A stretch of DNA of 64,000 nucleotides from assembly GCA_964016885.1 (NCBI GenBank), contig OZ024741.1, forward strand, positions 182,590,001 through 182,654,000, written 5' to 3'. Below, in pieces: positions 1 to 15,258 of the stretch. The stretch comes from Eledone cirrhosa. Taxonomy: Eukaryota. Made by a program: the position numbers and the translations under genes. Position 1 is the first letter of the stretch. Each line of letters opens with the position of its first letter. Under the pieces are notes generated by a model. The model was not told the DNA's origin. It did no database searches and saw nothing but the letters and a program-made list of their open reading frames with translations.

Positions 1-540
1 GCAACCCCACCAAGGTTTCTTGGTGAGGACGGTAACTTTGGACATCCTGCAGGACTAAAAACAAAACCTGTCAAAGGGCAAAGGAGCTCTTAAGAGTCAA
101 TGGCCATCCAAAATCACCGGGAGAGATGACCCCTTAGCATTTGTCAAGGCAGAATTCTAGGAGAAGGAAAACTCTGATATAACACCTGCAACCTTGATGG
201 TATCCAATGATGTTGACTTTTTCTTCTTTTTGGTAAATATCATCTTGGTTAAGAGAGTGGGACTGGCTTTGTGCAGTGCCTTTGCTCACTATAAAAGCTT
301 CACGGCACAGGCATTGCTTTATATCTGGAGATCTCTCTGCACTTGTCGTCACATGGTACCATGGGCCCAGCACTATATGTCAATAATTGTCACAAGTGTA
401 GTGTTTGTACCAGAGTTTTCAAGTCGCTGGCTGGACTAAAAAGTCACACTCGTTCAGCGCATCGGTAGGGGTTCTCTTACATGGATATAAAGTAGTGGCC
501 GTACTCGAAAACGAGTTGGCAGCCACCATGTATGTATGTA
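1..540 (+). mobile_element. Non-autonomous RTE-derived retroposon (family A), cut by the window start
   Basis: Near-identical to 11919-12528 and 31633-32242 in reverse. Contains the RTE 5'UTR-like motif ctaggagaaggaaaactctga, the C2H2-like ORF end [25 protein letters not shown], and an (ATGT)n tail. Confidence 0.75.
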
Positions 541-635
541 TGGATGGATGGAGTGCAGCAGTGGTGGTAGTAGTTGTCTCAAGGTTGGTGGTGGTGGAGG
601 AGGTGTTGGTGTTGGTGGTGGTGGTGGATGTTGAG

Positions 636-762
636 ATGATGATACTGATAGTAATGATGTTAATAATAATCCTGTTGTTAGTGGTGGTGGGAATGATAGT
701 GATGATGATGATGATGATGATGATGATAGTGGTATTGATGATGATGATGATGATAGTGGTAC

Positions 763-793
<31 letters not shown>

Positions 794-828
794 AGTGGTA
801 CTGATGATGATGATGATGATAGTGGTAC

Positions 829-859
<31 letters not shown>

Positions 860-1203
860 AGTGGTCCTGATGATGATGATGATAGTGGTACTGATGATGA
901 TGATGATGATGTTAGTGGTACTGATGATGATGATGATGATGATAGTGGTACTGATGATGATGATGATGATGATGATAGTGGTACTGATAATGATGATGAT
1001 GATAGTGGTACTGATGATGATGATGATGATGATAGTGGTACTGATGATGATGATGATGATGATAGTGGTACTGATGATGATGATGATGATGATAGTGGTA
1101 CTGATGATGATGATGATAGTGGTACTGATGATGATGATGATAGTGGTACTGATGATGATGATGATGATAGAGGTACTGATGATGATGATGATGATAGAGG
1201 TAC

Positions 1204-1237
<34 letters not shown>

Positions 1238-1290
1238 AGAGGCACTGATGATGATGATGATAATTTTCGTGATTTTGATGATAATGAAGT
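636..1290. repeat. Compound (GAT)n microsatellite punctuated by a fixed agtggtact spacer
   Basis: Directly visible; explains the poly-M/I/S ORFs at 405-1330. Confidence 0.95.
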
Positions 1291-1329
1291 GATTATGATT
1301 ATTATTCTTTTTTTTTTCTTCTTTTGTCA

Positions 1330-2090
1330 TGTGTCAAGTGACAACAAGGACCTCAGGCAGATCATACTTTCCTTTAAATGTTCACACTGCCTAGCAGGTC
1401 TGATCTTTGTCTTTCTATGACACCAATCTTGCAAGGTATTCCAAACCGCTTTGAAAAGCTTTGGATTTTCAATTGGTTTGACCTTCATCACAACTGATAT
1501 CACTTCCACATTATACCCCTGCATTCCAAACAGTCTTGCCAGTTCCACTTTCAATTCGGGGTACTTGGTGATTTTTTCAATCTCTTTACTCGCAATATTC
1601 ATGTCATTTGGTATGGTTACGTCTATGACAGTATTTGTCTTTCTTGTTCAATACGACAATGTCCGGTTGGTGATGCTGCTCAATTATTCTATCAGTTTGT
1701 AAAATATCATCCAGTTCTAAAATTCCTAAATACTTCTATCGACTATCTTCCGGTTCTCTTATTGTTTTTCCCGGTGGCAGTCCTAATCTACTATAGGCTG
1801 CTTTTTCCCTCTTTTCATATTGAGGGCAGAGCATTTAAAGAACCCAAATTCCATACCAATGTCACTGCTCTATATCTGGACTGCTTTAAACAAAGAATCT
1901 ATCTGGTTTTCAGACTTCCCAAACAGTTTCAGGTCATCCATTAACAGAATATAGTTTATGAATGGTTCTTTCTTTCCACATTAGTAACCCATTTTAACTT
2001 TCCTAGGTGTCAGTGTTGTAGGTATAAAGGCAATGACAAATAATAATGGTGAAAATGTGTCACCTTGGAAGATACTCCAGTGAATGCATT
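1330..2090 (-). mobile_element. Degenerate RLE-type (R4/NeSL-like) non-LTR retrotransposon fragment
   Basis: Minus-strand RT motifs IFQGDTFSPLLF and MDDLKL, followed by the endonuclease tail NIASKEIEKITKYPELKVELARL. Confidence 0.75.
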
Positions 2091-2141
2091 GCTCGAATAC
2101 AACTTGATGTTTAGAAAAAAAAATTATGATTATAATTATTA

Positions 2142-2730
2142 TTGGCAGTATCGGTAGAGCGTCAGATACTCTGCTTTGTAACATAGAGTTATGGCCTTTT
2201 ACGTTAAAATTTGAGGTCAAACCCCGCCGAGGTTAGCTTTGCCTCTCATCCCTGCAGGGTAAAAAAAAGCTGACCTTGTGCCTATAGCAGAAATCATTAT
2301 TATTGACAGTATCGGTAGAGCGCCAGATACCCTGCTTTGCAGAATAGAGTTATCGCCCTTTACGTTCTGAGTTCAAATCCCGCCGAGGTTAAATTTGCCT
2401 TTCGTCCTTACGAGGTAAAAAAAATAAAGTACCAGTAATGCACTGGGGGCGTTTTAATCGACTTTCCCCTCTACCCCATAAATTGCTGGCCTTGTGCTTA
2501 AAGTAGAAATCATTATTATTATTATTATTATTATTAGGGCGGTGGATTGGCAATATCGGTAGAGGGTCGGACGCCATGCTTTGACGCATAGAGTTACGGC
2601 CCTTGCCATTCTGAGTTCAAATCCCGCCGAGGTTAACTTTGCCTTTCATCCTTACGGGGTCGATAAAATAAAGTACCAGTAATACACTGGGTAATTGCAG
2701 GCCTTGTGCCAAAAAGTAGAAACAATTATT
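2142..2730 (+). mobile_element. Three head-to-tail copies of the dominant tRNA-derived SINE
   Basis: A box tggcagtatcgg, B box gagttcaaatcc, core gcctttcatccttacggggtcgataaa (Meta-domain-like by recall), 3' end aagtagaaacaattatt followed by (ATT)n. Confidence 0.85.
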
Positions 2731-3071
2731 ATTATGAGAGTAATTATGAAGGTTGTGATGATGAAGATGATTATCATGATGATTATGATATCGATGATGC
2801 AGATAGTGATAGTGATGCTGGTACTGACAACAAGATTGCATATTCTATTGCATCTCATAAAAGAAGAACAGTGATATCTTTGTCTTATAATCTATTTAAA
2901 ATGTTGTTGTTATTGTTGTTGTTCTGCTCTCATCACTAAATATACTTACACACATTTATCATTTATCTTGGTAGTGGCGCCTTAATTATAATTTAATTTA
3001 ATTTCTAAACAATTCCCTCTCTCTATGCAAACAAATATCCTATGTATGTAAATATATATATGTGTGTGTGT

Positions 3072-3165
<94 letters not shown>

Positions 3166-3441
3166 AAATCTATCTATTACCAAATATATATATATATTTT
3201 GTTCTCTACATAGAAGGAGAATACATATAAAATGATATAAATATTCCAACAGGTACTAAGTACCTACGGTAGAACAGCTGAATATTTAAATCGTATTTTA
3301 ATTTATTTAAAAGATTGTTTAATGTTTACTTGTTCCGCTCATTTTTATAGTTCTGGTATCTCAAATTAGTAACATTCAACAACAACGATTATAGACACCA
3401 TGTACATTTCCGTAGGTACTTAGTACCTGCTGGAATATTTA

Positions 3442-3496
<55 letters not shown>

Positions 3497-3606
3497 ATAA
3501 CAATAAATTTGAAGACTAAAATCCAAAGAGGGCTCGATAAGTTTCAGAAGATCCCGTTAAGGGTGAAAGCAGCGATTCTTTGCTTAAACTTTAATCTGTT
3601 ATTTTA

Positions 3607-3648
<42 letters not shown>

Positions 3649-3874
3649 CGGAAGAAATGTGGTAAGGAACCAGGTGGACCATAACGCACCAAAGTACTCA
3701 ATACTTAGGGTAGTAGAGTGGGTTATAGGTACGAGTAGGACCCCGACGGCTGAGCTCAAGCCGTTTCGACGGCTAATTCTGGACTAAAATGTTTTAGTCC
3801 AGATTTATTATTAATTTTAGTCCAGAATTAGCCGTCGAAACGGCTTGAGCTCAGCCGTCGGGGTCCTACTCGTT

Positions 3875-3946
<72 letters not shown>

Positions 3947-4413
3947 TAACAGATTAAAGTTTATATATATATATATATTTTATATATATATAAAATTATA
4001 TAAATTTTCCAGCAGGTACTAAGTACCTACGGAAATATACATGGTGTCTATAATAATTGTTGTTCAATGTTACTAATTTGAGATACCAGAACTATAAAAA
4101 TGAGCGGAACAAGTAAACATTAAACAATCTTTTAAATAAATTAAAATACGATTTAAATATTCAGCTGTTCTACCGTAGGTACTTAGTACCTGTTGGAATA
4201 TTTATATCATTTTATATGTATTCTCCTTCTATGTAGAAAACAAAATGTTTTATCGTGCTGCTATTTTTTTAGCGGCATGAAGTGTCAACGAGTCTATAAT
4301 ATCCCGCTTTTACTTACGGCCTATTTGTGTAGGTCACTTTAACGGCCTGACCTCATGCATCGGACAGGAAGCGATATATTTACAAACTATGAGGCTTTAT
4401 GCCCTATGGAAGT

Positions 4414-4495
4414 AGCTGTCTGAAGAGCTAATTCTTTCCATTGGAAATTCTCTGAATTTCCAGTCTTTTGATTAGCGAAACCGTCGGTAACAGCT
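4414..4495 (+). ncRNA. Type I hammerhead ribozyme motif (Penelope-type)
   Basis: agctgt CTGAAGA gctaat...attagc GAAA ccgtcgg TA acagct: intact core with all three stems complementary. Confidence 0.8.
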
Positions 4496-4566
4496 TTAGA
4501 ACAGGTGAATATTTAAAACGTATTTTAATTTATTTAAAAGATTGTTTAATGTTTACTTGTTCCGCT

Positions 4567-4635
<69 letters not shown>

Positions 4636-5382
4636 GATGCGTGTGTGCGTGTGTGTGTGTAAATCTATCTATATATATAAATACATATTTATATATATAT
4701 ACATATACATAGATATATATATGCAGAAATTATATTTATATATTTATATGTATGTTATGATAGCATAGCATACCCATCTAAACCCATATATTATTAATAC
4801 ATCTTAATATATTTTAAATACTTCTTTTTGTAATATATCCAATTTTTAATTAAATTTTTAATTAAATTTTAAGAATATTTTTTAATTGTAACAATATTTT
4901 TATTTATTTTTATTTATTCTTAATTTAATTTTTAACTTATTATTATAAATATTATAAACATAGCATAATGAACGTTATATTTACGATTTGATTATTCATC
5001 CATGAAAAACTCATTTCTTCGCTCGCTTCTCTTCACTATCACTATGCATAATCTTGTCTTTCTTTCCCCCTTTTTTATCACCCTTTTTCTTTCTTCTTCT
5101 CTCTTTCTCTTTCTCTTTTCTTCTCTCTCCCTTTCACTATTCTTTCGCTCTCTCTTTCAATACTTTTTCTCTCTCCCTTTTATATCTCCTTTCCACTACT
5201 TTCTTCCAACAGTTTAATTTAAATAAACCGTTGTTTTTTCAATTTTTCTGACACTCATTTGCATACTCACTCATAACTTTGAATCACCCTCAATAAAATA
5301 TTATTTCCACTATCCAGCGAACCTCAACCGTTAAGGTTGTCTTTATGCGAGTATGTCGATATTTATTTATAAAACAAATTTG

Positions 5383-5448
5383 TATTTTATCTGATGAAAA
5401 CGCACCATAATTTGCCTTGGTTGCCCTTGAAATATATATAATAAAATA
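5383..5448 (+). ncRNA. Type I hammerhead ribozyme motif
   Basis: tattttat CTGATGA aaacgcacc...ggttgccctt GAAA tatata TA ataaaata. Confidence 0.7.
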
Positions 5449-5485
5449 ATATGGTTTTATAAATATAGTTTCCATTTATTAATAT

Positions 5486-5530
<45 letters not shown>

Positions 5531-5589
5531 AAAGGCTCTGATACCATCAACTCTATACACACAGAGCTGGCATATCTAAGAACTGACTA

Positions 5590-5653
5590 ACTGCCTGATG
5601 AGGGCATAGCCATTCAATGGCTATCATTGAAATATATTTAGCTATATAGCAGT
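5590..5653 (+). ncRNA. Type I hammerhead ribozyme motif
   Basis: actgc CTGATGA gggcatagccattcaatggctatcatt GAAA tata tttagc tata TA gcagt. Confidence 0.75.
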
Positions 5654-5693
5654 AAATAAAGGATTATGAGTTCATGCAATTGACTTATGTTTC

Positions 5694-5738
<45 letters not shown>

Positions 5739-5786
5739 TTAGCCGTCGAAACGGCTTGAGCTCAGCCATCGGGGTCTTACTTGTTC

Positions 5787-6480
<694 letters not shown>

Positions 6481-6483
6481 AGA

Positions 6484-6524
<41 letters not shown>

Positions 6525-6803
6525 AAATGAGGTAAATATCTCACTGAGTACTAAGTACCCATAGAGATATATAGGGTGTCTATAATATAATTGTTGTTCT
6601 ATGGTACTAATTCGAGATACCAGAACTATAAAAATTGATGAGCAGAAAAAACATTAAACAATCCTTTAAATAAATTAAAAAATGATTTAAATATCTACCT
6701 GTTCATAATGCTATTACCGGCGGTTTCCATTTACAAAGTATTTAAATCATTTTTTAATTTATTTAAAGGATTGTTTAATGTTTGTTTGTTCTGCTCATCA
6801 ATT

Positions 6804-6841
<38 letters not shown>

Positions 6842-6956
6842 GGCAAAAAGTAAACGGAAACACCAAAGCTAACAACACAGTACAATGAAGAAAAATGTTA
6901 GTTTAATGTATATATATATTCATGTTGGATAAATTTTACAGACGAAGCCAGTATAT

Positions 6957-7218
6957 CAGACTTGTCAACTCTCCCCATCCGACGGGGAGATCTCCCACCC
7001 ACTTTGGGGTAAGTGAGTAATGTCTTCTCTTGGGAAAATGGGTATAGCTTTCATTATGTAAAATAAAGTACCAGTAATGCAATGGGTAATTGCTGGCCTT
7101 GTGCCTAAAGTAGAAACAATTATGTAAAATCTCTTTATATTTGCCTCATTTCTCACCGTTTTGGGGCCCTTTTTTTCATGGTACTCCCCGTTTGGGTTTT
7201 TAGGGGTTGGCAGGTCTG
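6957..7218. mobile_element. MITE with CAGAC(C/T)TG(C/T)CAAC terminal inverted repeats (second copy 10308-10502)
   Basis: cagacttgtcaac...gttggcaggtctg flanked by gtatat on both sides; contains a nested SINE 3' fragment at about 7060-7125. Confidence 0.75.
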
Positions 7219-7349
7219 GTATATACTTGTCAAGTCAGGAAGAGAGGGGTACGTAAGAGCCGCACACATTCCCTCAACTTATTACCATTTGTAGCGGGCA
7301 CAGAAAATATATAGACCTATAGAATTAGCAACAGCAGTTATAAGAATAA

Positions 7350-8423
<1,074 letters not shown>

Positions 8424-8606
8424 TTATATTGGCAAAACTAATAAAGTTTTGCTTGTTTTGTTTTAATTAATCATGCAAATTTACAGAACACAACAAAAAG
8501 TAATTAGTTGTACTAAATGAATTATAATTTTATTTTTGTTTTTCACTTTTATTTTATATTAATAGATGGTTTTGCAGAAATATTCATAGTTATATCATTT
8601 GTTTTT

Positions 8607-8646
8607 TAACTGACCGGTTTCAGCTAGTTGTAGCTTTTCAAAGTTT
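8607..8646 (-). ncRNA. Hammerhead motif with U3-A8 variant core
   Basis: Reverse complement: aact TTGAAAA gcta caac tagc t GAAA ccgg TC agtt. Confidence 0.6.
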
Positions 8647-9404
8647 CATTTTCCAGGATAATTTCAATGAGTGTTTGAGCTACAATTTAGGTACAGTCAA
8701 ACATACAAGCAAGACAGTTTTAATATTATAAATATGGCTGCTTTTGAGAGAGAAAAGAAAATGTGCTGTATTATGTGAAAAGACTGAGAAGAACTAATAG
8801 ATGGGAAGCAACGTAACAACATATAAGTAAATTAAGTTAATTAGTGAAATAGCCTCTCAAATAATAACATTTTTGTTATTTTGACATCTAACCTTAATAT
8901 ACTCTAGTTCCCATCTTAATAATATTAATAGTTTTTGTCGCTGTCACAGATGTAATGGCGACAGCGAGGGACTAACAAACACTTAATAAAACAAATTATT
9001 TTCTTTGCATCTCTCGAACCATAGATGTTTTCTCTCCTCCCCCCCCCCCCCCATCCTTCTATTACTGGCATATTTCCTATATCTAGCTTTTACTCTCTAA
9101 CTATTTAACATTCTTTTTCTATTCTCACCACTTTCACACTCATTCAATCAATCCGCATACCTACCTTTCTATCGATCGATATATATATATATATGTATAT
9201 ATGTATATGTGTATATGTGTATATGTGTTTATGCGTGCGCGTGTATGTGGAGTCTCGAGATATTTGCAAAGGTCATGGGCACTGGCCCTCCTCTTCAGAC
9301 TATCTTAATAAAAAAAAATACCTACAAATGTACATTCACATCTGTATATGGGTATGTATGTTTGTATGTATGTATGTGAGTGTAAGTGTGTGCGTGTGCG
9401 TGTG

Positions 9405-9526
<122 letters not shown>

Positions 9527-9539
9527 CGTGCGCGCGCGC

Positions 9540-9580
<41 letters not shown>

Positions 9581-9644
9581 TGTGTGTGTGCGTGCGTACG
9601 TGCGTGCGTGCGTGTGTGTGTGTGTGTGTGTGTGTGTATGCGAA

Positions 9645-9900
9645 GGCGGGCGGTTTGATCGTTACGGTGTTCGGCTCACGATCGTAAAATCATGTGTTCG
9701 ATACCTGCACCGGGTAAAAACTGTTTATTTCATGTTGCTCAGGTCCACTCAGGTGTCACAAATGAGTTGCACCTGTAATTCATAGCACATTGTGTCACAC
9801 TAAATATTCCTGAGAACTATTATACATTGAGGGCGAACATGTTTGTGGAATGATCTGCTTTTTATAGGGTAACTTCAAAAGCAGATAGTTCCGTTGATTG
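9645..9900 (+). mobile_element. Older tRNA-derived SINE of a second family
   Basis: tRNA-like head with gttcgatacc B box, then gtccactcag...aaatgagt core. Confidence 0.45.
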
Positions 9901-10649
9901 AATCACTTGGAGGGCTCTCTGTTGAAAACGACAGTGGGTCAATAGTATATTGATTGGTGATGATAGTGCTGGTAGCGGTGATGGTACTGGCGGGGGGGAG
10001 GGATTGCTTGGCCTCGCGAGCAACCTTATGATCCTACAGACATATGATCAAAGCATTCCAATTACCATTTCGAATTTCTGTATAGCAGGAACTACATTCA
10101 AATCCTTTTGTCCTATCCAATCCTTATTTATTTAAAACAGGAATAGAAAAACAATTCTAAGTCATTAACGATGAGATACGAATATAGTTATATACCATAT
10201 ATCCTTCTTAGACGTATCTAAATCCTCATTTTATCATGTCTACCATGTCCTTGGTGAATGATAGCAAGTTACAGTCAATGAACTGAACCTCAGTTCATAT
10301 ACAAGTCCAGACCAGTCAACACTCCCCGTCCGACAGGGAGATCTCCCACCCACTTTAGGGTGGGTGAGAGATGTCTTCTCTTGGGAAAATGCGTATAGCT
10401 TTCATTATGTAAAATCTCCCCATTTTGCCTCCTTTCTCTCCGTTTTGGGGCATGTTTTTCCATGGTACTCCCCGTTTGGGTTTTTAGAGGTTGGCAGGTC
10501 TGCGACTCAATACCATATGCACCAATGAATTTAGTCCATTATTCTACCATATTTACCAATCAAATACTCCGGCACTCCTTCTATATTTGCTGCGTTGAAT
10601 TTATTGTTACAATACAAAACGCTATCATACTCCTTAACAACAATAATAA

Positions 10650-10833
10650 TTGTTTCTACATTTGGCACAAGGCCAGCAATTACACAGGACATTACTGGTA
10701 CTTTATTTTATAGACCCTGTAAGGATGAAAGGCAAAGTTAACCTCGGCAGGATTTGAACACAGATCGTAAAGGAACGTAACTATGCTGGAAAGCATGTCC
10801 GACCCTCTACCGATACTGCCAATTCACCGCCCT
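10650..10833 (-). mobile_element. SINE copy
   Basis: Reverse complement of the SINE consensus. Confidence 0.85.
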
Positions 10834-11596
10834 TAACTATAATAATAATAAAAAGTCCACATATCAATTAAGGAACTTCGTAATTTTGACTCCCAGCATG
10901 GCTACAAACTAACTTCTCATCAACCTTGTTCAACGGTGATTGTTTTTTTAGTGGGGAAGGGGATAGTTTTCGTCTTTCTACTTCGTTCTTTCTTTAATTT
11001 TTCTTCTCTCTTTTTTTTTTATGAAGTACATGAAGTATATGTTGTTGGATTTCTGTGAAATCGAATGAGCAGTCGAAAGATACGTGTTGTACCCTTGACG
11101 TCATTCTCGGAGAGAGTTAACGTGACTCGCGGTGTGATGCGGCTGGCTCTTTGAATCATATGCACAACTCTCTGTGAAGTGGAGCCACGTGAAATAAAGT
11201 GCCTTGCTCAATGGCGCAACGTGCCACTAGTAATTGAACTCACGACCTTACACTAACTAACCACTAAGCTACTCACACACACACACACTCATATATATAT
11301 GTGTGTGTGTGAGTGTATATGTGTGTATGTGAATATGTGTGTGTATGTATGTGAGTGTATATGTGAGTGTGAATTGTTATACTTTGGGGGGATCATACTG
11401 CCAATAAAAAAGCACACGCGTCTGTTGGGTTTCACTTCAATTTATTATTATAATTTCCCAGTCGGTTAGTTTAATACCGGATGGTTATTTAGTTGTGTGT
11501 GAGTGCGTGTGTGTTTTTATATATATATATACACTCGTGTATATATATATATATATACTTGTGTGTATGTATATATATATATATATATATACACTC

Positions 11597-11633
<37 letters not shown>

Positions 11634-11638
11634 CACTC

Positions 11639-11717
<79 letters not shown>

Positions 11718-11918
11718 CACTCAACGAGATTTTCAGCAAATGCATATTAAGCCTTTTAATGTCATGCTCGAAATAACACCATCTAAGCATGTTGTTGAAA
11801 TCATGAACACACATATACATACATACATACATACATTCATACATACATTCATCCATACATACATACATACATACATACATACATACATACATACATACAT
11901 ACATACATACATACATAC

Positions 11919-12528
11919 ATGGTGGCTGCCAACTCGTTTTCGAGTACGGCCACTACTTTATATCCATGTAGGAGAACCCCTACTGATGCGCTGAACGAGT
12001 GTGACTTTTTAGTCCAGCCAGCGACTTGAAAACTCTGGTACAAACACTACACTTGTGACAATTATTGACACATAGTGCTAGGCCCATGGTACCATGTGAC
12101 GACAAGTGCAGAGAGATCTCCAGATATAAAGCAATGCCTGTGTCGTGAAGCTTTTATAGTGAGCAAAGGCACTGCACAAAGCCAGTCCCACTCTCTTAAC
12201 CAAGATGATATTTACCAAAAAGAAGAACAAGTCAACATCATTGGCTACCATCAGTGTTGCAGGTGTTATATCAGAGTTTTCCTTCTCCTAGAATTCTGCC
12301 TTGACAAAGGCTAAGGGGTCATCTCTCCCGGTGATTTTGGATGGCCATTGACTCTTAAGAGCTCCTTTGCCCTTTGACAGGTTTTGTTTTTAGTCCTCCA
12401 GGATGTCCAAAGTCACCCTCCTCACCAAGAAACCTTGGTGGGGTTGCCAGTTTAGTCGCCAACGACCCGACCATGGGACAGGTTGTACTGGGATACATGT
12501 TACCAGTAGCACCAACTGGTGACCTGAC
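11919..12528 (-). mobile_element. Full-length copy of RTE-derived family A (~610 bp)
   Basis: Reverse complement of 1-540 plus the 5' end; flanked on both sides by (ATAC)n. Confidence 0.8.
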
Positions 12529-12640
12529 ATACACATACATACATACATACATACATACATACATACATGCATACCATACATACACATACATACATGTATA
12601 TATGTGTATGTGTGTGTGTGCGCGCGTGTGTCTATGTGCG

Positions 12641-12678
<38 letters not shown>

Positions 12679-12819
12679 GCGGTGGAATTGGGAGGGGCCA
12701 AGGAAGGCCATGCCCCCCCCCCCCCCCCCCCCCCTCTGATAATTATATTTTTCTCCCCATACTACCAAAACACACTATCTATTTGCATATGCGTAACATA
12801 TCACTAAACAATGTTTAGT

Positions 12820-14340
12820 AGATATAGGGAGGGGGGGGAGAGTTTGGTATTGATGGATAGAGTGAGAGGGAATGGGTGAGAGTGCTGTATGGTAGATATA
12901 GAGGGGGGGGAGTTTGGTGGTAATGAATAGAGTGAGAGGATTGATAGGGATAGGTATTGATAGATATAGAGAGGGAGAGAGTTTGGTATTGATGAATAGA
13001 GTGAGAGGGAATGAGAGAGTGCTGTATGATCGATATAGAGCGGGGGATAGTTTGGTAATAATTGGTATAAAGAGGGGGGATTGGGAGAGACTGTTGTATC
13101 GTTGATATATATTTCTATTTATTTGCCACCAGGGCATCAAAGATTGGGACAAATACAAAGGGGGGAGTTTACATACATTTAAAAAGACGTGTAAAAAACA
13201 TATAACAAATTAAATTTAACAATCGATGTCCTCAATAGGGAGGGGCGTTGACATGGGTCGCACACACCCCCGAAAAAATGTGCAGCCCTCCTCTTCAGGA
13301 GCACAAAGAGCGGGTGCTTCCTTCCTCTTCTCATTCTTCTCCTCTCTCACCTACAGGCTGATATAGAGAGGGAAAGAGTTTGGTCGTGATGGATAGAGTA
13401 AGAGAGAATGAGAGAGAGTGTTATATGGTAGATATAAAGAGAGGAATAGTTTGGTGGTAATTGATATAGTAAGGGGGTTTGGGAGAGTGTGTTGTATATT
13501 AGATATAGAGAGGGGGAGAGTTTGATGTAAATTGATATAGAGAGGGGTGTTAGAAAAGAATTCCGTGTAGTAGATATAAAGAAGGGTAGAGTTTGGGGTT
13601 AATTGATATAGAGAGGGGCGTTGGAAGAGAGTTCCATGTAGTAGATATAGAGAGGGGTAGAGTTTGGGGTTAATTGATATAGAGAGGGGTGTTTGAAGAG
13701 AGTTCCATGTAGTAGATATAGAGAGGGGTAGAGTTTGGGGTTAATTGATATAGAGAGGGGTAGAGTTTGGGGTTAATTGATATAGAGAGAGATGTTGGAA
13801 GAGAGTTCCATGTAGTAGATATAGAGAGGGGTAGAGTTTGGGGTTAATTGATATAGAGAGAGATGTTGGAAGAGAGTTCCATGTAGTAGATATAGAGAGG
13901 GGTAGAGTTTGGGGTTAATTGATATAGAGAGGGGTAGAGTTTGGGGTTAATTGATATAGAGAGAGATGTTGGAAGAGAGTTCCATGTAGTAGATATAGAG
14001 AGGGGTAGAGTTTGGGGTTAATTGATATAGAGAGGGGGATTGGAAGAGAGTTCCATGTAGTAGATATAGAGAGGGGTAGAGTTTGGGGTTAATTGATATA
14101 GAGAGGGGTGTTGGAAGAGAGTTCCATGTAGTAGATATAGAGAGGGGTAGAGTTTGGGGTTAATTGATATAGAGAGAGATGTTGGAAGAGAGTTCCATGT
14201 AGTAGATATAGAGAGGGGTAGAGTTTGGGGTTAATTGATATAGAGAGGGGGATTGGAAGAGAGTTCCATGTAGTAGATATAGGGAAGGGGAGAATTTAGA
14301 GGTGATTGATATAGAGAGGGGATTGGGGGGAGATAAGTGT
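12820..14340. repeat. G-rich minisatellite, ~71-bp unit built from two related subunits
   Basis: gtagatatagagaggggtagagtttggggttaattgatatagagagagatgttggaagagagttccatgta repeats at 14131 and 14202; homogeneous in 13570-14280, degenerate at the flanks. Confidence 0.9.
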
Positions 14341-14384
14341 AGATATTTATAGAGAGTGAGAGAGTGTATACATACATATATTGA

Positions 14385-15258
14385 TGTAGCAACGAGTGTA
14401 TGGTTATTCAATACATGTAGAGTTTATGTATTCTTTTGAAACTGATGATTCACTTCATTGCGTACAATCCTTACGCGACATATTACCATACAGGAAGGGC
14501 CTTAAGAATTGCGCATCTCTCTTACCATCCTCCGGGGAAACGCCTTCTCCATTCTGTCCGCCGGGGCCGTGGGGCGGCCAGCACGTGGAACCCCATTTGC
14601 TCATAATACAGAGAGATGGGGAGGGCGAGAGAGATGGAGGCGATGACAACGGGAGTTCGTCTCTTCTGTGTTCGGACCTGGTGTGCATCGTTAGTTGTTG
14701 GTCTTGGTGTGTTCTCTCACTCCCTCTCTATATGTAACTAGCTGACATTAAGATATGACTTGAGCTGGGCTGGTACTTAATAATAAACGTATTAACTGTA
14801 TTAACAAAGAACTGAATTGTCGCTTACTCTCAGGTCTTGAATAATCGTCCCCGTCCCTACTTATTAATTTTTTAGATTTTCCCACCCCCTCTCCCGCTTT
14901 TATTCCACCCACCCACCCCGCACCCCCATTAAATTATGTTAATCTATCTCCGGAAAGATTTTATTGTAAGTGATTCATATTGATACAGCAACTGGAGAAT
15001 CTAGTAATAATTTTATTTTACATTAAAAAAAAACATTATATATGACAACAAAAAAGAACATTACAAGAATTCCCATATTTACGAACGTACACTATAGAAT
15101 TAAAGATACCTACCCCCGGTCCACCCGCTTATTCCACACACACCACCACACTCCCACTTATAAAAATTTAAGCAAATTTCCACCCCATCCCGCATCGCTT
15201 ATTCCACACACACACACCCTATTATTTGAGACCTGAGAGTATATTTGATTTAATTACA
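14385..15258 (+). mobile_element. Probable solo LTR interrupted by a MITE (related copy ~39644-39960)
   Basis: Starts TGTA and ends TACA once the MITE is removed; AATAAA at about 14782; GC-rich core ccatcctccggggaaacgcc...ccccatttgctc shared with 39675-39830. Confidence 0.5.
14827..15239. mobile_element. Tc1/mariner-type MITE
   Basis: TIRs ctctcaggtcttgaataat / attatttgagacctgagag with flanking TA. Confidence 0.75.

Noticed and set aside
405-1330. Long ORFs of 263-303 aa (poly-M, poly-I, poly-S)
   Set aside because: Translations of a compound (GAT)n microsatellite; the agtggtact spacer is part of a slipped higher-order repeat, not a CRISPR-like array.
12440-12528. Possible HDV-like ribozyme at the 5' end of family A (RTE elements often carry one)
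   Set aside because: A P4-like gtcg-ttgg-cgac and CTAA are present, but I could not fit P1 and P1.1 by hand; needs a descriptor search.
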